Positions 53,401-62,867 are shown, counted from the first letter of the stretch. The stretch: 64,000 nt of DNA from Phoronis australis (GCA_002633005.1 NMRA01000227.1:8623-72622); one strand, 5' to 3'. Notes: generated by a model not told the origin, from the sequence alone. Made by a program: numbers and translations.

Positions 53401-56400
53401 CCCAATCTCAACAGGCAACTTGCACACCACAGGTTGTCCTTGCTGGTCTACTTTATTTTCACGCCATGTAATTGACTGTATCNCATGAAAATCCGTTCAG
53501 GACTTTTGAAGATACAAAGGTAAGCGTAAAAAACTAAAATTGCCACTAGGGGGCATACCGGTAGTCGGATCCATCCGAAAGTTCGCACATGCCGTCCCAT
53601 TCATGAATGGAACATATGTGACAAATTTCATGAATGTATGTCAAAGGGTTTTGGAGATAGAGCAGCGGACGCCGGACGCAGGACGGACGCCGCCCGGACG
53701 GACGGACAGAGATGACGGCATAATGCGTCCACATATAAATATGTGGGCGCATAAAAATAACCACAGTTTTAAATTGACTTGACATGTTTCGGTGTCATAT
53801 AGGCGAAACTGTTCGCAATTTGAAAACCAGGACCAGGGAACATCTAAATTACGACAGAAGTTCACATGTAAATATTCATCTACAGAGCTCCAATCATTGT
53901 TATCAACAGTGCTCTTTCAATGACTTTGCAATAATAGACCAGGCAGAAACAACAAAGGAGCTTAAAATATGTGAGGCTCTACACATCAGTTGGTGCAAGC
54001 CCAATCTCAACAGGCAACTTGCACACCACAGGTTGTCCTTGCTGGTCTACTTTATTGTCACGCCATGTAATTGACTGTATCTGTGCTTCATTACTTGTTG
54101 CTGGGCCTAGCTAGGTGGCCACTATATTCTCTCTTCTGATGATGGTGTTTGAATAAATGACACCCAAACATGTCAAGTCAATTTAAAACCGTGGTTGTTT
54201 TTATTGACTTAGTCTTTAAATTAGGGGTGTTGCATGAAAAGAACCGAACTTATTTTCAATAATACTGAGAATTCAATGTAGAATTCACCCTCAATTTGTA
54301 TCAAAGACAAAAATTGACTTAGCACTGAGACTCAAACAGCATGAGACAATCCGTATTTTCACAAGCCCAAAAATACGCAGTAGATTTAGGTAACTTAGTT
54401 GAGTACCTATCTGGGACTGTTTCAAGCAACTGAGACTGGCTGCAAAATGTGCTTAAATTTTCTTTTCCATGTTTCATCACACAAAAAAATTCCATTGAAT
54501 AGCTGTGGAGAGTTGAGTCCATTTTGAGTAAAGTTTGGTGGTCTACATTTCAAACGTGCACCACAGTGGCAAAACTGAAGACTGATGTTTTAACAAACAA
54601 CAGCCCCACCTAGCACACAGCAGTCATAGACAGCAATATCCCCTGTTGAAGTTCCTGTAAGTAACTTTTCAACAGTTCAGTGGAAATGGTACAGAAATGA
54701 CCATGAACCTATTGCTAATTCACACCATCATTTGCAAGACTGGAAAGTAGGGAAACAATCATGCGTTTCTAATGACACGGGTATGAATGGTACAGACAAG
54801 TACACGCCTGGCATGTCTTAATACAGACATGTACATGACTGGCATGTCTTAATACAGACATGTACATGACTGGCATGTCTTAATACAGACACGTACATGA
54901 CTGGCATGCGTCTTAATACAGACACGTACATGCACATGGCACAGATAAGTAGATGCATAGCATGTGTCTATATACAGACAAGCACATGCATGTCATGTGT
55001 TTAAATAGAGCAGCATTAACTCACTTCCAGTTTGTCAGGCAGTTTATGAACACTTTCCTCGGCATCAGAACTACCCATGTCAGAGTCAGATTCATCAAAT
55101 TCTAGGAGCTCTTGGTCTTCTTTCTGTAGAAACTCATAGAATTCCGGGTCCTTTTCTTTAAGTTTCTCAAGCGACTGTTTGTGTTTAGATGTTTTTGCCT
55201 TGGTGGAACTGCAAAAAAAGTGTTTTTCTCCTACATATGAATCAATTCCAAGGACAATAATCGATGTGTATGGGATCTGCATGAATGAAATATAAGTGAC
55301 CATATTGTAACGTGACATTAAATAAATACAACATACATAAACACATTTAATGTTAAACTTCACTTTTAAAGTCTATATTTGCATACAGCATGATATTACT
55401 TCAACACAATAACTCTACAGTTCATGCAAATTTATATGGACTTTTGAAATATCAACATGTACTATACACTTTCTTGGGGGAAGACAGGTGAGATAATGCC
55501 AATGATTTTGACTGATTCCCAAGTTCATTGCCAACATTTATATTTGAAAATATATCTTTAAATTCTTACGAACCCACAAAACCATATCCTTGGTAAAAAT
55601 ACCCAAATTGTTAATGGATAGAAACTAGAAAGGGTCTTCATTTCTCAATTAAAAGTCTTTAATAAAAAATCCCACCAATGATAGTATATAGAATGAATAA
55701 ATAGAATTTTGAGTAAAACATTTCACTTGTGTAACAGTTATGTCAACATCTTCGAAAGAAGGGCCATAAGATTAATCAAGCAGACATTTTGTGAACACAT
55801 GTTTCAGTCACCACCAGACTTAAATTCTTTTCAAGAGTTTAAAGAGAAAATTGGTTTTAGAGATGAAAAATGCAGTTGGGATTACTGTTGTGCAGGATAA
55901 AGTTATTATTGATGGATGGGATAGAGTTCTTGAAGTTACTGTTGATGGATGGGATAAACTTGTTGAAGTTATTATTGATGGATGGGATAGACTTGTTGAA
56001 GTTATTATTGATGGATGGGATAGACTTGTTGAAGTTATTGTTGATGGATGGGATAACGTCTTGAAGTTATTAATGACGGATGTGATAGACTTGTTGAAGT
56101 TATTATCGTTGGATGGTATAGACTTGTTGAAGTTATTGTTGACTGATGGGACAGGCTTGTTGAAGTTATTATTGATGGATGGGACAGACTTGTTGAAGTT
56201 ATTATTGATGGATGGGATAGACTTGTTGAAGTTATTATTGATGTATGGGATAGACTTCTTAAAGTAATACGCTTTGACTAGAGCTTGAAAACTAAAAAAA
56301 CATGCTGTGTTGTTGTCATTTTACTAGAAATTGACGATTCCTGATGTATGCTCCAGTCATTCAGTAGGATTAACTGAAATGAATTAGGGGAGATTATGAG

Positions 56401-59400
56401 AGACTTGCCACATTAGCTTTCAGCTTAACTGGCAAAGTGTTGGATTGTGACCACCAAGGCTGCGGGTTTGAATCTGTCTTGGGGCAGATCTAAAATGCAC
56501 ATTGTCGCTGATAATGTCACTTCAAAAATATTGAGAACAAATTGAATGAAACTAAGATCTTTGAGTTTGACTTGTTAATGAACAATTGCCTGAGTGCTGC
56601 ACTGTCCTCACTTTTAAGAAGACTCTATTCCACTGAGATCAGTTTAAGTGTACCAATAACTATTTGAGTGAACTATTTGAACCAATTCCTTTGCTAAATA
56701 CTGAGCTATGAACTTGTCACCTGCACCATGCCAAAATTCACAGCTAAATCACTTCCAAGAAGAATCATGATGACATTTTGGTCTAGTTGTCAACTGTAAG
56801 TTGTGCTAACAAGTTTATATCCGACAATCATAGTTTATGGCAATCACATTTTTCAATTCAAGTTTCTCCATGAAATATGCTTAACACTAAACATTTCATG
56901 GTCATTTTCATTGACTTGATCTGATTTGTGTTGAGAAATAGCCTGCGTCCCAGAGGAGCAAAGGCAAAATGAAACACTACGTCCTTTCGGACTGTGTTGC
57001 ATATTATAGTAACACCAACCCTGAATAAGATTCTTTTCAAAAATACTAAAATTGGAGTTTGATCATCGTCACAATTAATATTTACCTGTCTGATTGAGGT
57101 TTGCACATTTTTAACACAGGTGTGTTTCCTTCAGATTGTCCAACACCTCTAACACTCTCTTCTTCATCAGACGAGTCCAGCCCACTTTTCATAAACTCAT
57201 CAACACCCATATCTTCAAGCTTCCTAAGAAAACAATGTTTAGCAGTGAAACAATCTGGACACAATACAGAATATAACTTGGAAAAAGGTCAATGTTCTGA
57301 AACTAATTCTTTGACATTATTTCCAACGATAGCACACAAATTTTATCATCTAGCAACTGCTAGTATTTGACTAGTCCAAAGTATACTGTCGACGTCGCTA
57401 GTGCGCGACTAGTAATATTTGACAAATTCAAAGTTCACTATCCTGATAGACAATTATTTCTTTTTCTTCTTTCTGACCTAAAAATAATTTTGCATTTTTC
57501 TCAACTCAGGTATGTTAACTCCGTCTCTTTGAAGCCATTTCCATATCGTGAACACAATAAAATCCTCTTACAGCACAAAAAAGCAGTTCCACCCATGGCC
57601 GATGTGTAGTGACCTTGACTTTGGTAACATGAAGTTCCATTAAGCTACAGACAGTAATTATTATTTACTTATGGGCATCAGAGTGTTGTGAATATTAAAT
57701 AAATGCTGTGGTTACAAATTGTTGTTTTATCATGAAATTATTGATAATAAAACATTTAGTGTTTGCCTTGAGTTGCAGTACACTAGTCAGAGTGATCTAA
57801 TAAAACATCAGCTGTTAAACATTGGTTTGTATTTACATCTACTGCTCTTAAACTGTTTTATAGTAAAAGTTTACAAAATGCTCTTGATCAAATTATGTTT
57901 CTGTTAAAATATAGTTACCTTCTAAACTTCATAACTATTTGGCTATAAGAAAACTAAATGAATGTAAAAATAGAGTTGGGAACCGCTGCGTATTAACTTC
58001 ACATAGATCTTGAAATTTCAAACTGAGAACAGAGCTCCAGTGTACACCATTAAAGAATAGAGGAGTGCATACACCATTACAACATAGATGCATTGAAAAT
58101 CAGAACAGATGTGTCAAAAGTCAGTAAGGCCAGAATTCTTGCCACTATGTTACGCAATTACTGTGCTTGGCTGTTGCTTAACCTCTGGGAGAGGTCATTC
58201 ATTGTCTGACCCTGATCGAAGGTGAAGCAGCAGGTAATCACATGCATCCCGTAGTACCAAGATTGCGAGCCTCGCCAGACTTCCGGCACACCTTGTTGTG
58301 TAATGACATATGCACTACTCCCGTAATGACTAAGAGTGCACAGAGCACTCACTCACCTTCTAAAAGTGGAATTTAAGTGGTGTTTTTACTCAAATGGAAA
58401 GTTCACGTCGTTTTTTACTTAGGAACTTTTGCTGTGTTTATTTACTGCACTGTTGTTTGACAATACCCTTTTATGCTTTCACAAATAACCAAGCATAAAA
58501 TTTAAGTCAAACAGTAAGTCACTTACAATAATATGTATAATGGTGAGTGAAGATAACGTCACTAATTCATTAGCCTAGTTACGCCTCCGCCGTCCACATG
58601 TGATGTATTACCATTCTCACACTGCTCAGAAACACCAACTTGAAGACAATGGTTCATTTTCACACAACCACAGAACAACCGTGTAGTAGTAATCACCCAT
58701 CGGGGAAAATAACTTTCAAAACTAGAGCTCTACTAAATATTCCAGCACTACTAACAACTTAAAGGGAGTGAAGTAATGTTTGTAAGTAACAGGATCACCA
58801 TCTTGTACCACAGAAGTAAAGTTTGTAAGTAACAGGATTGCCATCTTGTACCACAGAAGTAATGTTTGTAAGTAACAGGATTGCCATCTTGTACCACAGA
58901 AGTAATGTTTGTAAGTAACAGGATTGCCATCTTGTAGCACAGAAGTAATGTTTGTAAGTAACAGGATTGCCATCTTGTAGCACAGAAGTAATGTTTGTTA
59001 CTAACATGTTCCCCATCTTGTTCCACAGAACACACTTTGCTGGCACAATAATGAAGAGTTTTAGTTAAACAATGTTTTCAATCTTTTACAACAGTGTATA
59101 GAGTCACACACCCTGAAATTTAACCATTCAGTCCTTCTTCCACCTCAGTGAATACGACAAGAAGAACAATACTTAACTGCTCTTCTGGCAAAGTAGTTCA
59201 CCACACAGAATAATCCTGATGAATTGTCCTATTGCAAAAACGTTTGCCATTTTGAGCCGTAGTTAGTTTTGTATTTTTAATACCCGAGAGAGAAATAACA
59301 CAAAACCGATTCTAGCACTTCTGCATGCACCACTTGCTATAACCAAAGCCATTTGTGACATTTCCCATGCCTGGTGGCCTTGTGACTAAAGTCAGTGGGT

Positions 59401-60357
59401 TCGAGTATGACATTTTTGAGGTTGTCTGAGGTTAAAACCATAAGGGAAATTTTTCGTCTTGGTCATTCAGAAGAGATTTTTTTTGACCTGATGAGGGAAA
59501 TTTAGCGTGATTTTTTTCCATGCTTTTAAGAGATATCTAGATCTCTGTATATTTACGTTGTGTAATAGAGGTATGTTCTAACAGAGGGAAATAAGCTCCC
59601 AGGCATAGTACCAAAACTTGTAATGGAATAGGGCCGTCTCAGGATTACAAAGCAACTCCCGAATCTTGCTGCATTTACCCACAATGCCACAATATCCATA
59701 TTATACAACACGAGTCACTTTAGAAGTCTCAGCATTTTCACGCCATTAGAGTTCCACATGTTCTTTGTTGTCGTATTCTTTAAATATTTGTTGCGGCTGT
59801 ATTTCTCTAATCACCCTTTCAATACTAAGGAAGTATTATTAAGCCTTCTGCTGTGGGCAGCAACTCTGATGGGAGAAAGTTTGACAAACTTGACAAATAT
59901 CCATGGATCTGTGACGTTAAGTTAGTCACCTTCCTGACATCAAACAAAGACAAGAAAATGCGGAATGAATAAAGCAAGTTTATCAGGTTAATCCAGAACA
60001 GATCAGAATTCCTTTTCTACGTCACATACCCTGACGCAAGCAATGTAAAAATGTCCAGTTGCCAATTTAGGCAACTGAATGAAGGACTGTTCCAAAATAA
60101 AGTTTGATAGCGAACGTATTTGTTCTAGGCAAATACACCGCCCTGAATGCTGCAAGCATACAGGGGCGATAGAACATCCCCATAAAAAGTTACTCATTTC
60201 AAAATACAGCAAATAAAATCGAATGAAACAAGCATACATGCACATGGAGTTATAATTAACAAATACCATGACTCTGGATACAATTTAGTCAACATAACTT
60301 GAACATATCCATGAAAATCTGTCGCAGTTCACTCGAGTTTCTCTTACCGGTAGCCAT
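26248..60357 (-). CDS. NOC2L: Nucleolar complex protein 2 homolog (NOC2L/NIR), whole multi-exon gene span, about 757 aa
   Basis: 17 phase-compatible GT-AG exons (plus a candidate start exon and microexon) encode recognisable Noc2 motifs: [75 protein letters not shown] and an acidic C-tail. Confidence 0.95.
27234..28281 (+). mobile_element. Helentron-type non-autonomous element (HINE/CvA-like), family A
   Basis: Starts aacaagagcaacgcggagcgttgaaatgcgcccac, has about 145-bp diverged core repeats, a (GGAC) microsatellite and a 3' hairpin remnant atgcgtccacatataaatatg. Confidence 0.72.
28389..28460 (-). CDS. NOC2L: NOC2L exon ([23 protein letters not shown]), NLS-like PAKKRK
   Basis: ttttgcctacag| ... 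|gtgaac; 72 nt, phase 2/2. Confidence 0.85.
29419..29555 (-). CDS. NOC2L: NOC2L exon ([11 protein letters not shown]...[13 protein letters not shown]...)
   Basis: tttgctgtag| ... |gtaaag; 137 nt. Confidence 0.88.
30692..30805 (-). CDS. NOC2L: NOC2L exon ([26 protein letters not shown]...GKDR)
   Basis: tttttag| ... |gtatgt; 114 nt. Confidence 0.92.
31427..31702. repeat. 46-bp minisatellite, 6 copies
   Basis: (ttagctaacaatcactagatctaatgtcagatgacatagatgtaaa)n. Confidence 0.93.
31714..31857 (-). CDS. NOC2L: NOC2L exon ([28 protein letters not shown]...)
   Basis: tatttcag| ... |gtaagc; 144 nt. Confidence 0.93.
32109..32800. repeat. 41-bp minisatellite, about 17 copies
   Basis: (agtgagttgtagttgttgattaccaccactaggtggccagc)n. 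Confidence 0.95.
32828..32929 (-). CDS. NOC2L: NOC2L exon (EGLIDQLYE...[13 protein letters not shown])
   Basis: gttacag| ... |gtacac; 102 nt. Confidence 0.92.
33602..33715 (-). CDS. NOC2L: NOC2L exon ([11 protein letters not shown]...LQEKAFR)
   Basis: gcttcag| ... |gtaaca; 114 nt. Confidence 0.92.
33948..34059 (-). CDS. NOC2L: NOC2L exon ([14 protein letters not shown]...[10 protein letters not shown])
   Basis: ttattgcag| ... |gtacag; 112 nt. Confidence 0.93.
34695..35497. mobile_element. Non-autonomous TIR element, 12-bp TIR, 5-bp TSD ACATG, inserted into a minisatellite
   Basis: cagtgttctcca ... tggagaacactg with acatg duplicated; the same 40-42-bp repeat continues on both sides. Confidence 0.82.
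35498..35815. repeat. About 42-bp minisatellite, continuing from 34598-34694
   Basis: (agtcttggtagataatatacaaaacagatgtcctcaagagac)n with variants. Confidence 0.9.
35870..36260. repeat. 112-bp tandem duplication spanning a NOC2L exon end and its donor site
   Basis: aattaaacctacctgattgtaccaaggatggtctg recurs at about 35977, 36089 and 36201. Confidence 0.88.
36213..36352 (-). CDS. NOC2L: NOC2L exon ([18 protein letters not shown]...[16 protein letters not shown])
   Basis: ttcctcag| ... |gtaggt; 140 nt. Confidence 0.93.
37153..37341 (-). CDS. NOC2L: NOC2L exon ([15 protein letters not shown]...[18 protein letters not shown])
   Basis: tttcag| ... |gtacat; 189 nt. Confidence 0.94.
37991..38104 (-). 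CDS. NOC2L: NOC2L exon ([19 protein letters not shown]...)
   Basis: tttgtag| ... |gtaaag; 114 nt. Confidence 0.92.
39498..39735. repeat. 30-bp minisatellite, about 8 copies
   Basis: (actacaaggggtaatggtagtcaaatagcc)n. Confidence 0.93.
39907..41203 (+). mobile_element. Helentron-type non-autonomous element, family A, longer copy
   Basis: Same 5' end, 8 core repeats, 3' end cacatataaatatgtgagcgcataaaaa. Confidence 0.72.
41629..43961. repeat. 53-bp satellite array, about 44 nearly identical copies
   Basis: (actactctcaagtatgacataaatttccctggacctctacagccaacatcgcc)n with no spacers. Confidence 0.97.
44983..45505. repeat. Imperfect 51-55-bp minisatellite
   Basis: (cagatgacacagacaggcacaatacagagacttagatatgacatacagcag)n variants. 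Confidence 0.9.
45575..45685 (-). CDS. NOC2L: NOC2L exon ([18 protein letters not shown]...[10 protein letters not shown])
   Basis: ttttacag| ... |gtatga; 111 nt. Confidence 0.9.
46157..46680. repeat. Composite about 16-bp minisatellite
   Basis: (aatgctgtacaccagt)n with a higher-order aacacagtacactagc variant. Confidence 0.9.
47016..47188 (-). CDS. NOC2L: NOC2L exon ([10 protein letters not shown]...[18 protein letters not shown])
   Basis: ttttcag| ... |gtttgt; 173 nt. Confidence 0.9.
47316..48556 (+). mobile_element. Helentron-type non-autonomous element, family B
   Basis: Starts aactagaaa with subterminal actctgcgcgcg, has about 425-bp internal repeats rich in tgacct, an (AAG/AAT)n tract and a 3' hairpin actctgcgc-ttacac-gcgcggagt followed by aaaa. 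Confidence 0.68.
48742..48853 (-). CDS. NOC2L: NOC2L exon ([19 protein letters not shown]...)
   Basis: tttcag| ... |gtaggt; 112 nt. Confidence 0.9.
48990..49234. mobile_element. MITE, 6-bp TSD (aatact/aacact)
   Basis: cagagcttggaat ... attctaagccctg; a truncated relative lies at 51063-51287. Confidence 0.75.
49588..49975. repeat. 36-bp minisatellite, about 11 copies
   Basis: (caagtcacagtcgcYatatctattatcccactacta)n. Confidence 0.93.
52591..52722 (-). CDS. NOC2L: NOC2L exon (VASDDSE...[14 protein letters not shown])
   Basis: atctag| ... |gtaagg; 132 nt. Confidence 0.88.
53484..53755 (+). mobile_element. 3' part of a family A HINE, present in only one of two duplicated flanks
   Basis: Near-identical to 28042-28281; near-perfect hairpin atgcgtccacatat-aa-atatgtgggcgcat. 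Confidence 0.75.
54133..54177 (+). ncRNA. Minimal type I hammerhead ribozyme relic (Penelope-associated), core GAAA mutated to CAAA
   Basis: ctt-CTGATGA-tGGTGT..ACACC-CAAA-CATG-TC-aag. The inverted copy at 53178-53199 retains GAAA. Confidence 0.65.
54790..55008. repeat. 31-bp minisatellite with degenerate ends
   Basis: (ctggcatgtcttaatacagacatgtacatga)n. Confidence 0.8.
55025..55208 (-). CDS. NOC2L: NOC2L exon ([31 protein letters not shown]...)
   Basis: tttttgcag| ... |gtgagt; 184 nt. Confidence 0.92.
55899..56260. repeat. 33-bp minisatellite, about 11 copies
   Basis: (gacttgttgaagttattattgatggatgggata)n. Confidence 0.9.
57086..57223 (-). CDS. NOC2L: NOC2L exon ([22 protein letters not shown]...)
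   Basis: ttttcttag| ... |gtaaat; 138 nt; VDEF motif of the Noc2 N-terminus. Confidence 0.88.
58770..59030. repeat. 43-bp minisatellite, about 6 copies
   Basis: (agaagtaatgtttgtaagtaacaggattgccatcttgtaccac)n. Confidence 0.9.
59930..59933 (-). CDS. NOC2L: NOC2L candidate 4-nt microexon GAAG
   Basis: ttttcttgtctttgtttgatgtcag|GAAG|gtgact. Converts phase 1 to the phase 2 needed by the next exon, giving [15 protein letters not shown]. Confidence 0.4.
60348..60357 (-). CDS. NOC2L: NOC2L candidate start exon (ATG GCT ACC G|gtaaga)
   Basis: aaaATGG context, strong donor, CpG-containing upstream region. Confidence 0.6.
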
Positions 60358-60726
60358 TTTGAGGAAGTTACGCAAAATCACACTTGTTGATGAACAGAAA
60401 GTCCAAGGGACACAAATCCTACTAATTTCACCTGATACCTTCTCATGCTATTTTGCAGTTGTCACGCGCCAGGTCACGCGCTTCGCTCAGTTTCGCAGCA
60501 GCCTTTGCCTTAATTCTTTGTGGTTATCGTGCGTGGTGAAAAGGGTAATGGTGAACAAAAAGTGGAGTTGGAATTCTTCGCCGAAGTCTCATTAATTCTC
60601 GTAGCTATACTTCATCGAAGATATGTGTAGAAGTAGAAAGGAACACTGAAGAACGTATTTAAGCACTTTTTAAGTCATAGTTTGAGAGTTTTCACCTCGT
60701 CAAAAACACATTCTACACTTAAAACT

Positions 60727-62056
60727 ATGACATCAAAACCGCTTACTTTCTTCAGTGCTTGCATTAATCACCGTCTGAAGAATAACCCACACCTACCGAA
60801 GGTTATTTCTGTTGTAAGTAGTCCAGATTTAGTTCAGGAAAATGAACCTATGGAAGCTACAGAGTCTACTGACTTCTCTGCCGAGACAGTAGTTAGCCCG
60901 TCCGTAGCCCTACCTAGTGGTAACCGAGATCCACCACCTGTATCTATTAATCGTTCTAGTGAGGCATTTTCATCTTCACATGCGCCTCCCAATCGCAACC
61001 AGACTACATCAAAGCCGGGAGATCTGATTTGTCCACTCTGTAGTTTTTCAGCTGGAGAGGGCCACTTGCGGTCACACACTTTGACAAATCATTTGCCTGC
61101 GGTCTTTGATGTAGATTCGGTGAGTCGCCTTTCATCCAATGAGGTGCAACATGCATGCACTGGTTCATGGTACTGCACCTGATGGCGCGTGTGAAAGAAA
61201 CCAACCGTTCGGTGTGGGCCCTGTCATTCGACTGTGGTCTGAAAGACATCCAGTCAGTAGCTCCGTCGTTTGTGAGTCAATCGACAATGTCTTCTACCTT
61301 GAAGGCCTACGCAAGTGCTGTTCGAGCGCCGCTCAAGTCTCCTGTGCTTCCACCACTTATGGAGCATTCATCACCTCAAGCGTAAGTCTGCTATTGACTC
61401 TCATTTTCACATCGACTGCATGACGACAGCTTACCGTTCGAAGGGTAATATCTGTAATAGCCGACTTCTGTCCATACTGGATCTTCTTGATGCGACCCCT
61501 CATCGCTCTTCATCGCATCCAATCAAACTTGTGGGTGGCATCATCTTTCTATCAAGGGTTACGTGAGGGCCCTTCCTCAAGGGTTCAAAGCAGTGGTAGG
61601 AGGTGCACCCAAAACAAGTCAATAACTTTCCGGAGGCTTCCAGATCGACACTCTTTCAGCTTCTCTGGGAACCTTCCGTCGCTGGTCTTGGCGAGGTTTT
61701 TAAAAATCCTTGGGTAATGAACGTGAGCAGGCCCGTTTTGTTGAATACCTACTTCGGGACTTCTCAAACCTTACTCATCGCCATAGAAGTGTGACGGACA
61801 AGACTCTGGTGTTCCATATCTATTCGGCCTCCCCTGGTTCCCACTACGACTGGAGCTTCCGAACCTTGTTCAACATCGTTGCAGATCTTCTTCCGTCGAC
61901 CCAGAGGATTCACCTACACACTTTTACCAGAGATGCCAACGTCGTAGTGAATTATTGTCGACAGTTCCCGAACTGCTATTGCGAGTCAACTGTAACACCT
62001 TCACTAGATGGCAAGTTGATGCCTTGCAAAAGGTACCTGAAGACCGTCTCCTTTAG
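60727..62056 (+). pseudogene. Frameshifted intronless ORF: C2H2-like zinc finger plus TatD-family nuclease domain
   Basis: Pieces in different frames occur in TatD order: CPLC..HLRSHTLTNHLP, SAIDSHFHID, VGVHPKQ, GLGEV, LVFH, RIHLHTFT and LQKVPEDRLL*. Several frameshifts; ends before the ETD motif. Confidence 0.75.
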
Positions 62057-62821
62057 CTCATTTTCTTCTTTTTTTGTTGTTTTGACTTTTTGCCAGGTAT
62101 TGGCTCAGTTTTCTCAGGTTTTCTAATCTTAGTTTAGTACCCCAGTCACGTTTAATATAGTTTTGTTTACCGGACACCATAGTTTTGTACTAACTTGTTT
62201 CGTTACTCGGGACCTCCTAAGGTGTTCCTCTATGCGCAAAAGGTATTTATAACAACGTGACTTTGATGTTATAGTCGGTGCNATGAACGTGAGCAGGCCC
62301 GTTTTGTTGAATACCTTCTTCGGGACTTCTCAAACCTTACTCATCGCCATAGAAGTGTGAGGGACAAGACTCTGGTGTTCCATATCTGTTCGGCCTCCCC
62401 TGGTTCCCACTACGACTGGAGCTTCCGAACCTTGTTCAACATCGTTGCAGATCTTCTTCCGTCGACCCAGAGATGCCAACGTCGTAGTGAATTATTGTCG
62501 ACAGTTCCCGAACTGCTATTGCGAGTCAACTGTAACACCTTCACTAGATGGCAAGTTGATGCCTTGCAAAAGGTACCTGAAGACCGTCTCCTTTAGCTCA
62601 TTTTCTTCTTTTTTTGTTGTTTTGACTTTTTGCCAGGTATTGGCTCAGTTTTCTCAGGTTTTCTAATCTTAGTTTAGTACCCCAGTCACGTTTAATATAG
62701 TTTTGTTTACCGGACACCATAGTTTTGTACTAACTTGTTTCGTTACTCGGGACCTCCTAAGGTGTTCCTCTATGCGCAAAAGGTATTTATAACAACGTGA
62801 CTTTGATGTTATAGTCGGTGC
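61717..62821. other. About 550-bp duplication around a single N (62282): probable unmerged haplotype overlap
   Basis: 61717-62281 versus 62283-62821; the second copy lacks 26 nt between ccagag microhomologies. Confidence 0.8.
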
Positions 62822-62867
62822 GAGGCATAATTCACCGAAAAGCTTCCAGCTTATGGAGCGCCTATAG

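Larger units (their letters stand above)
53121..54205 (+). mobile_element. 5'-truncated Penelope-like element fragment (GIY-YIG C-terminus, inverted terminal piece, hammerhead relic)
   Basis: [16 protein letters not shown]...[19 protein letters not shown] matches the PLE GIY-YIG endonuclease end. 53151-53199 is an inverted copy of 54157-54205. 12-bp TSD gacttagtcttt at 53109-53120 and 54206-54217. Confidence 0.85.
52912..54431. mobile_element. Second copy of the 18.1-kb MITE, split by the Penelope insertion
   Basis: cagttgcatgaaacagtccc ... gggactgtttcaagcaactg; internal sequence aligns by eye to 18098-18509. Confidence 0.72.
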
